From assembly GCA_036867785.1 (NCBI GenBank), contig CP145422.1:62001-126000 (forward strand): a stretch of 64,000 bases of DNA. The letters run 5' to 3'. This document shows, piece after piece, positions 34,151 through 47,473 of the stretch. Under the pieces are notes generated by a model. That model did no database searches and had not been told where the DNA came from. It saw only the letters and a program-made list of their open reading frames with translations. A program made the position numbers and the translations under genes. Source of the stretch: Plasmodiophora brassicae (lineage: Eukaryota). How positions within the stretch are numbered: position 1 is the stretch's first letter; each line of letters begins with the position of its first letter.

Positions 34151-36054
34151 TTATCGCTTGTAGCCCTTGTCGGGGTACATGAACAGTTTGGGTTCGTTGG
34201 ATTCCGGCCGCTCGCCTTCCTTGAGGGCGTACCAGTACTCGCGGGCGACAGACAGCGGGCCCTGTTCGTGGTGCGGCCCGAACTGGTAGACGGTCGTCAG
34301 GTCCTTCCTGGCGCTCTTCAGGTTCAGCAGCTCGTGGCGATGCTGGATATCGTGGCCGTTGACCAGGTGCGTCGCGAACATCTCATACAGAAACAGCTTG
34401 CCTTGGGCGGCTTTCTCGTACAGTGGGAGGATCTCGTACGTTTGTTTGAACTAGGTAGGGGGCCAGACCAATGCAATCAGCGGACGTGTCGAGCGAACCG
34501 ACAAACACTTGACATACAGCGGGATCCTCTTCTCGCAGGCACTCATCGTATCGGGTCAGCAGGGCCCCGACGGACGCGCCCGGCATGCTGACGCCGAACT
34601 CGTTCAGCTTCGCGATCAGGTCCTGTTCGGAGAGCTGCTCGATCGCCGGTGGGTCCAGTTCGACAAACACTTGCAGGCTGCCTGCGCACGAACAGACATG
34701 GGCAAACCTGCACGAGGCGGGCGCGCGAACTGGACCTACCGGGCATCTTCGCAGGCGCCCGGAACGTCAACTTCATGGCCGGCTCGGAAGAGAAATCGTT
34801 CAGGATCTCAGTGAGAGTGCGCTCCAGCAACTTGAAGCTGATATCGAACAGCCGGTTCGCTGTCCGCGTATCGCCGACGAGGATTTCATCCATGCGCTCC
34901 AACGATATGTACTCAAACCTGTAGCAGGTTCGCTCAGATCGTTATAAACGGCCGCCAGAGGCGCCGTCGCGCGCCCATACCCGAAGAACCGGTTCGTATT
35001 GTGATACGCCACCAGCACACCGTTCATACGACCCAGACGAACTTGCATGGAATACTTCAACATCACCGTCCGTGACAGGTCGTACACTTCCCGCTCGAAC
35101 CTGCACGACAGCACCGTCAGACCGGACCGTGCCAGACGGCAGGGACACAGCACGTACGAATTGAACTCGCCCTCCATGGACTCGAGATCGTACTCCAGGT
35201 GCTGCTCGTAGGTCGCAAGGTTGTGCCTGATGGGAAGGACGGCCCTGGTCTTCAGGTCGAACGTCTGATGGGGCCCAGGGAGGTCCGGGTCGCTGCAATC
35301 CAGCTGGGACCGCACCATGATCGTCCCGATCTGCGTGAACGCGAACGATTCGAACCAGGTCTCGAACCGGGAGTCCTTCGTCTCGACCTGGGACGCGTTC
35401 TTCAGCACGAGCTTCACGTAGTCGTCGTGCTCCATGGTCAGCTTGTGCTCCAGGGACTTGCCCAGGTCCATGAGAATCCTCCGGGCCGGGGACGCCGGCG
35501 TCGACAAATGGTCCATGATCCAGGCGTCGCCGACGCGATGCACCATGATCGAGCTGGGCGCCCTCGTGCTGGTCGTCATGCTCTTCGGCAGCCTGCGGAA
35601 CGCTGACGACAGGTACGACGTGTCCACGGGGCGATGCGCGCCGACGGCGAAGAACACATTGGCCAGCGCGGACGTAATCGACGACGTGGAGCAGCCGATC
35701 GCGCATCGCGCCGCGACGGTTCGCTCGAGGAGGCGCCGGTCGGCGGACGGTTTCACGAAGGCGGGCAGGGCGGTGAAGTTCACCTGCGTGATGTGCTCGA
35801 TGGCGGACAGCGTCGCCGGGATCGCCAGGTCGCGGGCGGGTTGCGGCCCCGGCCGTTGCAGCACGGGTCGGATCGGCTCCACCAGGCGGGGCGTCCGCAC
35901 CGCCCCCGACACGTTGATGCGCTCGTAGATCGACCCGTCCAGGATCCGCTGCTGCCGCCGACGCATCGCCATCACGATGCGCGGTACACGTCTTCGTTGG
36001 CGCGCTGCCCGGTGTCACGCGGCAACTGCACCGTACGGCGCGCCCGGCCCCCAA
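34151..36054 (-). CDS. PET127: Pet127-like mitochondrial RNA-processing nuclease, spliced (5' end uncertain)
   Basis: MVRSQLDC.DP.LPG, FDLKTRAVLPIR, FEREVYDL.R..MLKYSMQVRLGRMNGVLVAYHNT..FFGFEYI. Confidence 0.85.
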
Positions 36055-36961
36055 CCGCGGACACCGCGCGCGCCCCGACGGTCCACTGCGGTCTGCGGGC
36101 GGCAGCGGGCCTGGCTGGAGGTACCTATGCAGGTAATATCGAGGCTCCTCTGCGTAGAACCCTCGGAATACACGACTGGGTACGCCTGCGCCACTCGCGT
36201 TTGCATCAGAGGATGCCTACAGTCATGGACCGATGCGGGCATACTCTATGGACAATGCGACGAATGCCGTTGTTTATGCCGTTAGACTTATCGCGGGGCT
36301 CGCAAATCGCTTGCAAGGCGCACCATATTCGACTCTGGTCAACAAGGCCCACAGCCTGCACGGCACTCGGGAGCTGAGGTCTACATAGGTACTCACTCGA
36401 GCTCGTTGGCAACCCGCTGGCCTGGCAGCCTAATCTTCGCGATGCAATGGGACGGCGATACCACGACCTGGCGTTGCCCGGGTGTCAAACTGGACATCTT
36501 GACGCTGAACAGACGGGGCTTCCCGGATACGATCAGTAGCGTGCCGAGACGACGACGCTCCGCAGTCTCGCCGTTGCAGGTATAGTGACGTCGGGCCGCT
36601 GCGTAAAGACCTTTTAGGGCCCATGACGACCGCGACGACCTGGCGTTGCCCGGCGGCCGCCGAATAGGGGTCTGGGCAGCCCATTTGCCAACGTCGCACA
36701 GACCGTTTCACTCTGCCGTTATCGATCGACAGAACCATAAAAGCATAATTTGCGCCAGATTTAGGGGCAGCTGGCATTTCACGAACGCCGCTCTACAGGG
36801 GCCCCCTTTTTCTTCCGAGCGAACATCGGTTGACACTCAGACCTCCGGCACCTCACCACCGAAACTGCGCATTGGGGCCCTTCTCTTCCGTCCAGTCGAG
36901 ACGGCGCCCTCGTGCGCCCAGGTGTCACTTGTCCTATTGCGCCCATTGCTGAAGTTCCACG

Positions 36962-38229
36962 ATGAAGGTCGCAGGTGGTCTTGCCGCTTCGCTTTCCGGG
37001 CGTCCTGTGGCCTGTCGCCTACGGCTGCCACTACCCACCCTGCTGTGCCTGCTGCCGTCGCTCGGTATCGTTCTTGTTGCAGTGGCGCGTGATGCACGCG
37101 ATGTGATCAACGATCGTTTGGACATGGATGCTCGCACTGCACTAACTGAACTGTACGTATGGCACACGCTCGTACATGGCTTTGTTCTAACAATTGGCGG
37201 TTCAGGCGTCTGTCAGATAGCAATATCACTTCCATCTCCAGTCAGGCATTCATAGAGTTCCCAAATCTGGAATGGCTGTACGAATCCCTCTCTTGTGCAC
37301 CAATTGAACTTGTTCACCAACGGAATTGTGGATAGCGAACTGGCCAATAATCGGATCGACACGATAGCGCATGATGCTTTCCATGGCCTGTCATGGCTGG
37401 AGTTGGTGTATGTGTAACTGTCAGAGCGGCCACTCGATACATTCAAACAGATGTACTCTAGGGAGTTGCAGCTCAATCGCCTGACGGTTATTGAAAAGGG
37501 GGTCTTCGCCGGGCTGCCCAAGCTTCATTTGCTGTATGTGCCATCCCTGTCAGGCAGGCTACTATACGATTGCCAACTCTGCCCAGGTTCTTGAACTCGA
37601 ACCAGATCCAGCGCGTCGAACCCGGTGCCTTCGACGGGTTGTCCTCGCTGGCCACTCTGTAAGCAGTACTGGTATGCCGCTCACTGTAGTGCACTGCTCA
37701 GCGTCCTCGGCTTGCACAGGGAAATGGATTACAACCAGATGGAGACTATTACCGCAGGCGTTTTCAACGGCCTGGTGTCGGCGGTTGTATTGTACGCGTT
37801 TCTGCCAGACGTTTCGTTGCAAGGCGATGGATTGAGCTGGGAACAGGCGGCTGGGCCACAACCAGGTCCAGGTGATTGAAGCTGGTGCATTCGCTGGAAT
37901 GTCGTCCCTGTCTACAATGTACGTACGGCATCCTCGTTCGACTCCGTTGCAATAACTGTGCGATACGCATGTGGACGGAAAGCTGAATCCCTTGTACAGG
38001 TATCTGCAATATAATCGGATTCACTCTATTCAGGATGACGCATTCTCCGGGTTGCCTGGCTTGGCCCGACTGTAGGCTATGGTCCATCCTTGATGCGACG
38101 ACTACTGACTATGAACGCAGGGTGCTCACAGGGAACCCAATATGCCGTTCGCCTGCTGTGATGCAGGCGACGCCGTCGGAGCTGAGCCGTTGGTGGGGGC
38201 TGATGGACGGGGTGCGTGTTGAATGCTGA
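36962..38229 (+). CDS. Secreted leucine-rich-repeat protein with one 24-aa LRR per 72-nt exon
   Basis: Signal-like N-terminus; 72-nt exons at 37336, 37462, 37587, 37720, 37847 and 38000, each LxxNxIxxIxxxAFxGLxxLxxL; final LTGNPIC cap. Confidence 0.88.
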
Positions 38230-38786
38230 GACCCACGGGCGTGTCGTTGAAACGTCAAACGTGTCGTATGTTTGGAATACAGTTTACGTTTTGTTGAAGC
38301 GAGCCCGCTGCTTTCTGCAGGCGGCGCGTCGCCCGATGATCGCTTCGTAATGGTAGTTCGTGGTCGGTTCTCTCTCTGTGTATTACGAGCTGGGCGACGC
38401 GTGACCTGCGAGCGCGTGCAGTCGTGTACGCCAGCTCGTTGACAACCCGCTGGTCCTACATCTTTATCTTCGCAACGCAATGGCCGGGTGGCAACGGTTT
38501 GGTGATGGAACGCCGTCAAGGTGCCGCCCAGGCCCCCACTCTGATCGATGCCGCATCGATGCATGTGCATCGGGAGAGTTCCTGCAGCGAAGGCTCAACG
38601 GGGATGGCACGACCGACGTGGAACAGGGTGCAGGTCGCCCAGAGATGTTCCGTTGTCTGGCACGCGAGGCATGACGAACCGGGACGACACCGAGGGATCG
38701 GCCATCGCTGCCTCGTCCGGCGAAGCCGCGGACCCGATTTAGGGCGACCGACCCATTGTTCCGGCCGGACGCGCGCTCGCGACGAT

Positions 38787-40332
38787 ATGCCGTTCGTCGA
38801 CGATCTGCTCGGCGCGCTTGGGCGACGCGCCGACGAGGAGGCGTCCAGCGGCGGCGTCGACGAGGACGGCGTCGCGTTGCTGGTGTCGGTTCTGCCCGAA
38901 CGGGTGCCGGCGTCGGCTGCGCGGTCGCTGTTGGTGATCGCGGGCGGCGATCACCACGTCGCCAGGGCGATCGTGTCGCAGATCCTGGCGGGGGACGCGT
39001 CGAACATCGCGCCGGTCCCCGGGTCGAACGTCCGGCGCGCCGCCATGCGCCATGCCGTCAACTCCTGCTACATCAGCGCCCTGTTCTGCGCCGCCTTCCT
39101 CGAGCACGACGCGTACGACGGCGCCTTCCTGCAGGCGCAGGCCCAGGTCGAGAAGGACCACGCCCGGAAGATGACGCTCGTCATGATCAACCTGCTGAGG
39201 ACCGGGTTCGAACCGAGTTTGCGTTCCTGTCGCTGGGCGGGTGTTGACACGACCTGGATCACACAGGGTTGTCGTCCACGAGGTCCTGGTCGACGTCTAC
39301 CGCGACCTGCTCGTTCGTGCCGGGTTCGCCACGTCGTCGACGCGCAACGCGCAACAGGACGCCCATGAGCTGTTCGTGTTCCTGCTGGACCTGCTCGATG
39401 CGCCCCTGCTCGCGTTCCACCAGACGCTCCACCATGCCGTTGACGCCGACACCGACGACATGACGGTGAAGGTGGAGCGCGCGATCCAGCTGCCCGTTGC
39501 CGGATCCGCTGTGCCGTGCCCGGCGCCTGGCGGCCTGTCCGTCAAGCACCTCCTGGACCAGTACTTCTTCGGCAACACGATCGATGGCCTGCGCCGACGC
39601 CTGCACCATTCGGTGACGACCGTGTCGGCGCTGTGCACGCTGACGCTGGCGCCCTACCCGACCAGCCCATCACCGAAACGTCGGCCGGCGCCGGCGCATC
39701 GCGACCCATCGTTCATGCTCCCCGTCCTGCTCCTGCGCTACGCCAGCGGGACGTCGAAGGACCGGACGCCGGTCCGCCTCCCCGAGTTCATCGACGCCAC
39801 GCCGTACGTCCTTCCGTCAGCATCGTCGTCGGCGTCGGTGGACTTCCAGCCGGCGACCTGTCGGTACGTGCTCGTCCTGCGATCCGTCGTGTGCCACCTG
39901 GGATGCGACACGCTGCAGAGCGGGCACTACGTTGCGTTTGCATCTCGACGCCGACCGTCCCGACGTTGGGTCCGGTACGACGACATGGACGCGAAGGCGT
40001 CCGCCCGGGAGTTCGCGTCGTTCGCCGCCTGCGTGTCGGCCTGCGCCGACGAGCTCCTGCACGACGCGTACCTGGCGTTCTACGAGCTCGTCGACATGGC
40101 CGACGCCGCCGGTGCCGAGCGCACCCGGATCCTCGGCGACGCGCAGGGCCAGCGCGATTACGCGCTGGCGATTCGCATGCAGGAGCGGGAGTCAGCCCAG
40201 TCGCTTGACCGGCAGCGGGACCAGGATTACCTGCTGGCCGCGCGGCTCCAGGCCGAAGAGCTCGAGCAGGAGCGCGCCGCTGCAGAGGCGGAGAGCGCCT
40301 TCAGCGCGGCCATGGACATCGACTACATATAG
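38787..40332 (+). CDS. Ubiquitin C-terminal hydrolase (USP, peptidase C19) with C-terminal MIU-like motifs
   Basis: Cys box NSCYISAL, QQDAHELF, His box VVCHLG...SGHYVAF, WVRYDDM; DYALAIRMQ and DYLLAARLQAEE. Confidence 0.88.
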
Positions 40333-40418
40333 CAGTCAGCGATCGCATCAGGACGCGTCCTAGACGAACACGTGTCTCGTGTAGTCGCTCGTGGCAACGT
40401 CGCCCTTGTCCATGTTCG

Positions 40419-41594
40419 TCAAGCGAGCGTCCTCCTGCTTTTCTGGACGCAGGCCATGACCTGGGCCTTTGTTTGCTCCGAGAACAGCATAGAGGTCATG
40501 TCGGCGGGCGCCATGATGGCCCCGGTGGCGTCCGGGTGCAGGCCGAGGTCGTCCGCGGCGTGGATGCTGAGGACGCGGCCCGGGTACGGGTCCAGATCGG
40601 GGGCGGCGCCGTCCAACGACGCCATGACGAAGATGGGCACCAGGCCGAGGCCGTTGGCGACAGCGTTGCCCATCGGGTTGAACTTGCGAACCGCGCGTTG
40701 GACAGCCTCCGTATCGACCTTCCTCGATTCGTCGGCGCTGACGGCAATGCCAACGACGACGCCGTTGTCGGGCAGGTTCACGACGATGTCCGGCGAGTAG
40801 GAGCCCGGGCCCGGGATGGGGACCGACGGTCGCAGGTAGAAATGGTGGAGGAGCGTCTGCCAGGACTCGACCGACCCGTCGAGCGTTTGCGCCCAGGTCA
40901 CGTGCTCATCGTCGACGAGTTCGCCGACCACGCCTCCCGATTCGGGGGCCGCCTCGCGTCCTGTGAAGGCAGGGACGGCGTGCTCCTCCAGGTCCGTCAG
41001 GACGTTCTCGGCGAAGATCGTCCCGCGTAGGACGGGGAACGCGTCCGCCATCAGCGAATGCAGACGGGAATGCGCGACCAGTGCGAACGACAGAACCCGT
41101 TCCAGCAATCGGATCCGGCCCGCACGACGCCCGTTCCTGTCGGCCAGCGCGTTCGTCAGCAGGGACGGCAGGCGGCGGCGCAGGTCCTGTGCCGCCGCGT
41201 CAGACGGCATCTCCACGTCGAGCAGGGTCGGATCCGCTGGGGCAGGAACAGCGTTAAGGCCCAGCGCGGCCACGACATCCGGCAGGGCGTGCCCGAAGCG
41301 GGCGTCCGTCGTACGGATCGGCGCGCCGGCCAGCACGGCCAGCAGGACGTCGAGAACCGCAGGCAGGATGCGCGTATCATCCTCGAACCCGCTGGCCTAT
41401 AACCCAAGTCGTTCAGCTGTCGCCCCAGTGTGTTCACGAGCTCCGATGGTTACAGCGGGCGACACCAGGGAGGCGAACCGTCGGCAACGCGCCGACGTTG
41501 CCGACGACACGGCCGGGCAGCGCCAGGCACGGAATCGGGCCGGAGCACGCGCAGACGACGTCCTGATCGGCATTGGGGAACGCAGTCCAGTCAT
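40419..41594 (-). CDS. Degenerate REase-fold-like protein, paralog B, putatively mitochondrial
   Basis: Arg/Ser-rich first exon ending ARCRRFASLVSPA; phase-0 intron; core LLERVLS...SPDIVVNLPDNGVVVGIAV...AVRKFN homologous to 9025-10264. Confidence 0.6.
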
Positions 41595-41666
41595 CGTGCG
41601 CGCACGACTCGTATCGGACTCTGCGGCCGACGGCGCCACCTGTGGTGCCGCTGGCCCGCATGCGGG

Positions 41667-44097
41667 TTACGGTTGCGCCTGCTGCCCCTGTTTACTGGAA
41701 TAGTGTTTGTAGAGCGAGGAGAAGCCGCTCGTGGCGCCGCTGCTGACCTGCGTCAGCCACCGGGTCGTCGTCGACGCCGCCTCGGCCACCTTCGACGGCA
41801 TCGACTGCTGCGGGACATGCGTCGGTGACGAGGGTGCTGGCACGGCCGACGCCGCCGCTTCGTCGAAGAGCTGCTCGGCGTCGGCGTCGTCGAGGAATTC
41901 ATCGCGAGACAGATCGCGTGACGGGTACAGGTTGACGGGAAGCGTGGGGAGCGGGGCGGTCGCTGCGCCCGGTAGCGATACGACGTTGGCGACGCGCTGC
42001 AGCGACTTTGTCGCCGCCTGCGCCCGGCTGATGTCGGTACCCGGGCGAAGCAACCTCGTGATCGGGCCGAACAGGACGCTGCATCGGGCCACGTGCACCT
42101 GAACGGTGTCGCGAAGCGGCCGATCCAGAGCGGCCATCCCAATCGGGTCGATGGCGGAGCGCGCCCGGCGAACAACAGCGGCCGCCCGAGACGCGGACGT
42201 CCCGTCGATACGAAGCTGTTCGGCCACGTGACCCGGAACAGTGACGACCGCGAACAGGAACGAGACGTCGAACAGGAACTGGATGCGGGCCGCCTCGGTC
42301 GGCGGCGGATCAACCGAGTCGAGCGCATCGCATACGACGCCCGTCACGGCGGAGCAGACGTGTGCCATCGCAACGACGTCGAACTCGTCCGATTCGATCG
42401 CGTGCACGGCGCACGCGAACTGGTACAGGAACGCAATGACGTAGGGCGACGCGTGGCATGGGACGCGGACGTCGTTGACGACGGACCACAGCGGGCCGTC
42501 AGCAGCCGCCCCGATGCCGTCCACCGCCGCGGCGACGAGCGGCCCGGACGTGGAAACAGCCCATGCGTGGTACGCGCCGACGGCGACACCGACGAAGCGG
42601 CGGTCGAGATCGGCGAACTGCCCGTCGTCAAGCAGGTTGCGGACGATGGCCGCTTCGCGCCACAGACGACAGGCCAGACGTGCAATGTGGACGGGGTCGC
42701 TGGACAGCCGCGACTGAAACGCGTCGGCAACCGAGTGCAGAGCGCCCTGACAGGCAGACCTCGACGCCGTCAGGACGTCCTCGTCGATGAACCGAGCCAG
42801 GTCGGCACGTTCGTACTGCAACGCGACCGAGCTGTCGGTCAGCGAGAACGCCGCGTCGGCCGAGGCGCGTACTGATTTCTGGAACCAGACGACAAGGTCG
42901 TCGTCGGCAGTCTCCGGGGGCGGCGACGACGCCAGTCCTCGATCCGCCTCCCGCCAGAAGGCGCTGTTTCGCCGGTGATGCGAACGCAACGGCGTCGGGA
43001 CGCAGAGCGCCCCCGACAGGCGCTCGCCGAACTCGGCGGCGCACTCAGCGAACAGCCCCCTGGCAGATTGCATCATGGCGGTGCGCAATGGGGCCGACCA
43101 GATCCGGTCGAACAGGTCGACGTTGGATCCCAGGGCGGATTCAACAGCGGAATCCCAGGGCGCATCCTGGTACAGGTCGGCCAGGATGGTGTCGCGGGCG
43201 GCAGCGAACCCGTCGACATCAGGCGTGATCGACAGCGCCGCCTCGGCGACCCAGTCGGTTAGGTCGCGGCACCGGCCCAGGTCGTGCAGTTCGACCAACG
43301 TCAAGCGCAGCGCAGCCGCTGAGCGAAGCGGCGCCCGACGGATGCAATCCGCTCGGATGGCGAGCAGGTCGGCAACGGCGTCGTCGCCCATCGCCTCCAG
43401 CGCACGCATGGCATCGTCATCGGCCTGCACGCCCAGGCACGCCGCCAGACGCGCAGCGCACGCCTCCCTGATCTGCCTGGGCATATCCGAGATCACGTCG
43501 CGCTGCTCGACCCAGAAACGACCTCGCGCGGCGGCGGCGCCCAGTCGCTCCAGCGCAGCGACACCTTCAACACGGACAGTCAGCAATTGCAACCCAGATC
43601 GAACGGGAAACGGCGGACGGCTTTGGGGCGTTGTGTCACCCGATGACCTTACCGTTAGAATGCGCGGACACGGCCCCACGGAGGTCGTGAGCATCGAGCG
43701 CGGCCCAGACACGTTCCGGCGTCATGACGACGGCGACACGGTCGATTTTCGCTTGCCGGTCGGCGTCGGCCTGTTCCTGTCGTCGTCGAACGGCGTCACG
43801 GGCATCGTCGTCGATGCGGGCCTGGATCTTGGCCGCCTGGCGGAACTGGACCCGCAGTGCCTGCAGCATGTCGGCGGCGCCGGCGACCTCGTCCCTCATC
43901 AGGGCGATCGCGTCCGTCGTGCGCAGCAGGTCCCGGAAGCGGTCGCCGACCAGGGCGCGCAGCTCGGCGACCTTGTCGTGGGCGTGCGCGCGCAGGGCCT
44001 GCTCGGCGGCGCGCGCCCCGTCGACCGACCCGCGCGTCCACACCACATCGTCCAGGCTGCGGCGACGGTGCACGGGCAGCGACACCGCCGACACCAT
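41667..44097 (-). CDS. COG1: Conserved oligomeric Golgi complex subunit 1 (Vps51/COG1 family), spliced
   Basis: N-terminal KVAELRALVGDRFRDLLRTTDAIALM, TPERVWAALD, C-terminal QFLFDVSFL and IDPIGM...RCSVLFG. Confidence 0.75.
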
Positions 44098-44404
44098 GAC
44101 GACACCTTGACCCGCCCGCCCCGATTGCAGTTTGACGGACGACAGGCGGAGGCCGCCCCCTCCACAGACACGCGTGCAAAAAAAACCTCGGCTGGGAACG
44201 TTCGGCGACAAAACGCGCGACCGCGGCATTGCATTTTTTGCGAGCAGTCCTGTCGCGTACAGGCCGCGCCACCCACTGCAGTCGCGCCGCCTCCTGCATC
44301 TACCACGTGAGGAGTATGGCCCACCCTGTAGACGAGCGTTCGCTGACGGAACCCATGTCGGCGACGAAATGATCCCCGCGGTGTATGAGCGTGCAGGCAC
44401 GTCG

Positions 44405-45977
44405 TCACTGGGCGCGTCCAGGGACCAGGGCGTTCACAATCGACGGCGGCAGGCTGGTTTTCTGCGACAGCAGCGCGTCCGGGCGGGCGATGTCGACCTC
44501 TTTGGAGTCGGGGTACTCCGCGTTCACCGTGGCGGCGTACACGGGGGAGAACAGGTGTTTGCTCTTGATGAGCCGGGTGACGAATCCGCCGAACGTGAAT
44601 CCGAACACGACGCTGGCCCCTGACGACGGCCTGCACGGCATCAGCGGATCAGTCAGGAGGCGCGGGACATTCGAGCACCGTTCCACAGGACGGACCCAAC
44701 AGGGACGAAGATCGTGCTGCCGACCTGGAGCTTACTGTATTTGGCCGGCAACGGTTTCCCACGTGCGAGGGCCTTGATGTTGTGAGCGGCAATATCCGAC
44801 ATCTTCTGTGCCAGGAACGCAAACTTCCCCTTATCCGCGTCACTGCGGGTAGGCACGTATCGTCAGGCCATCGCCCATCGAGCAAACGGCGCAGACCGAC
44901 CAGCAGTCGCCAATGGCGAATACGTTGGTCTGCCCTTCGACTTGGAGATATTCGTTCACCTTGACGTGGCCCGTTTCGTTGACAGGCATCGTGTGCTCGA
45001 AGCATGAATTGTTGACCTGGACGTTTGCTACAGCGTCATTCGGCCCAGAACCGTATTCGTGCAGCAGTCGATTCCTACATGAGAGTTGCCAGTACAGAAG
45101 AAGACACGGTCGACCTCTAGCGTTTCTCCGTTGCTCAGCACAGCCTTGGCAGGCTTCTCCACGACGCCCTCTGACGATGGGACGTTCGCAGTGACACCCG
45201 TCTTGACAATGATTCCCTGGCATTGCAACGCTGCCTGGAGCTTGTTACAGAACTTCTCAGGATAGTCGGTACCGATCAGTTTCACGCCGCGTGACACCAA
45301 CGTAACCTGTGGATACGATCTCGCCGTTAGCAGACGACGAGCTGGCGACCTGCACGTTACGTGATACGGGACCGTTTTCTTTGGATGGTGCGCTTTAATC
45401 TCTCCAGCCAGTTCGCATCCGACTGGGCCGCCGCCGACGACGAGGACGCGCTCATCGGGTTGCTCGGCCAGAGACTGGACCGATTGGGAGTACATCAGAC
45501 GAGCATCCCGGAACGTTGTCGCTGTCGTTTTCGCTGGGAAGGCGTAGCTGGACCCAGTAGCAATCACGACAAAGTCCGCCTTGACGGGCGGTTCCTGCCC
45601 TTTCACCTGCAGCAGAACGTCCCGATCGTTAGATGGGGAATCCATACAGGAGCTAGCGCGTTTCCTGCCCACATGGACGCTGGTTCCGTCGATACGGGTC
45701 ACGTCACCGCACAGGACAGTCCCGTTCTTAAGCGCTTTCGCGTACGGGAGTATGATGTTGTTGGCGTAGCCAGGCACCACTGAGCCACGTGTGGCGCCAA
45801 TGTTGTGGAAGAAGTAGTCCTTGCGGTCGACGACGAATACGTTGAAGTCGTCATCGAGCAGCTGGGCCACGGCGATCCCTCCGTACCTGGCACCGTTGAG
45901 CTGCCCGCCCGTAAAGCATGATCGTTAGCTAAGACCCACCCGCCGCCGACGACGATGACGTTCTTCTTGTCCGGCAT
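44405..45977 (-). CDS. AMID/FSP1-like FAD-dependent NAD(P)H oxidoreductase, spliced
   Basis: VIVVGGG(Y)GG, DFVVIATGSSY, VLVVGGGPVGCELAGEI, VKVNEYLQV..NVFAIGD. Confidence 0.88.
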
Positions 45978-46352
45978 GGTGCTTGTACGTTGAGGAGTGC
46001 GCCGTCGCGACCTCCGTTGAAACGCGACGTCTGTGCCTGGCGCCCCTAGCGCCACTGACGTAAACCGCAGTACTACAGGGTAACTGGGTGCACGCTTCAT
46101 TGGCAGCGTGCCCTTGCACTCCTTCACCGACCCTTCGACGTCTCTTCACGGGGAAATTCAAGGTTCAAACCGAGTAGTCTGCCAATGTAGGGGCTGGAGG
46201 GCCGATCGACCTACCACGTCTGTCGCGAGGATTACATCTGCAACCAAATGTAGGAGTGTGGCGACTGCTCGTCGGCGACGGCAACAAAGGAACATTGTTT
46301 ATTGACTCGCTGATGCCGTTGGTCGACCACGTGGAACTTCTGGTACGCCAGA

Positions 46353-47213
46353 TCAGGCAGAAACCTCAGCCAACCACTGCTGCAGCGAGCGGGGCTTCAG
46401 CCCGAGCAGACGCTGCGCAGTCGTGTCCTGAGCGATAACGTTCGCAGAGGTGCCCGCCATCGCCTTGTAGCCTCCGGCGACGCCGGCAGCCGCGGCCGCA
46501 CCGAACACCGGGGTGAGAATGTCGCGGAATTGATCGGGCTCCAAGCTGCTGTACGAAACCGGGCGGTTCAGGTAGCGCGCGAACGCTTCCGCAAGGTTCT
46601 TCCCGGTGATTCCGGGCGACTGCCCAACGCCGACCACGCCGGTGACCGTCGTGTCCATCAGGAGTTTCTCGATGACTTCGGCGACATCCAGGTGGGAGCT
46701 CCACGACACGGCGTAGTCGGCCTGCAGGGGATAGCGAAGAACGCCTTCCGTCTTGGCCGGGCCCAGTACGACGGGGTTGAGCAGATTCTCCAAGAACAAG
46801 CGTGGAGCCACGACCGCAAGCGAAACTCCCGTTTGCTTGACCTCGCGAATCAGCGTCGCGATCGCACTTTCAGGTGGGTACTGCAATGGCGAATTCGGCT
46901 CGTCCACCACATATCCGCTGGTGGAGATCACCACTCGACGCGGCTTGGCGCGGGCGATGGCCTGCGCGATGTTGTGAGCGTACTGGAGGCGATCCGCTTC
47001 AGCAACAATCGGCAGGTGAACGAAGACGCCCTCCGCGCCCTTGTAAGCGGCAGCCAGCGAATCCACCGACGAATTGTCGACCGCAATGGCAGGCACGTCC
47101 TTAACGGCAGACGTGTTGCGGACAGCGGCGACAGCACGCTTGCCGGATCGGGTCAGGCGTGCCAGGACAGGGGAGCCTTGGGCGCCGGTGGCGCCGTGGA
47201 TCACGTAAGTCAT
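46353..47213 (-). CDS. NmrA-like NAD(P)-binding protein; intronless and bacterial-like (HGT candidate)
   Basis: MTYVIHGATGAQGSPV Rossmann motif, AYKGAEGVFVHLP, PRLFLENL; SD-like GGAAGGA just upstream of the ATG. Confidence 0.85.
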   Translation of the reverse strand: MTYVIHGATGAQGSPVLARLTRSGKRAVAAVRNTSAVKDVPAIAVDNSSVDSLAAAYKGAEGVFVHLPIVAEADRLQYAHNIAQAIARAKPRRVVISTSGYVVDEPNSPLQYPPESAIATLIREVKQTGVSLAVVAPRLFLENLLNPVVLGPAKTEGVLRYPLQADYAVSWSSHLDVAEVIEKLLMDTTVTGVVGVGQSPGITGKNLAEAFARYLNRPVSYSSLEPDQFRDILTPVFGAAAAAGVAGGYKAMAGTSANVIAQDTTAQRLLGLKPRSLQQWLAEVSA

Positions 47214-47473
47214 TGGTGTTCCTTCCAGCGCGACAATAGCGAAGTGACTCGTAACGTATAACTGGGCCTGCCAAGCCAAGCCGCGTTACCTACTCCGGCG
47301 GCGGCGTGACTGGCGAAGCCCTGGTAGGTGGAGCCTCACTTGTGGGGTTTGCGCCCAGGCAGGCTGTCACAGAGGACCCCTCCGAGACAAGACGAGACAG
47401 GCCCGCTTTTCGGAGGTCACACAAGTTTATGTTTTGGGCAACCTGGCCGCGCCGGCGCCCTGATACGATCCAC

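Noticed and set aside
36463-36653. 19-bp direct repeat acgacctggcgttgcccgg
   Set aside because: Only two copies with no associated structure; insufficient to call an element.
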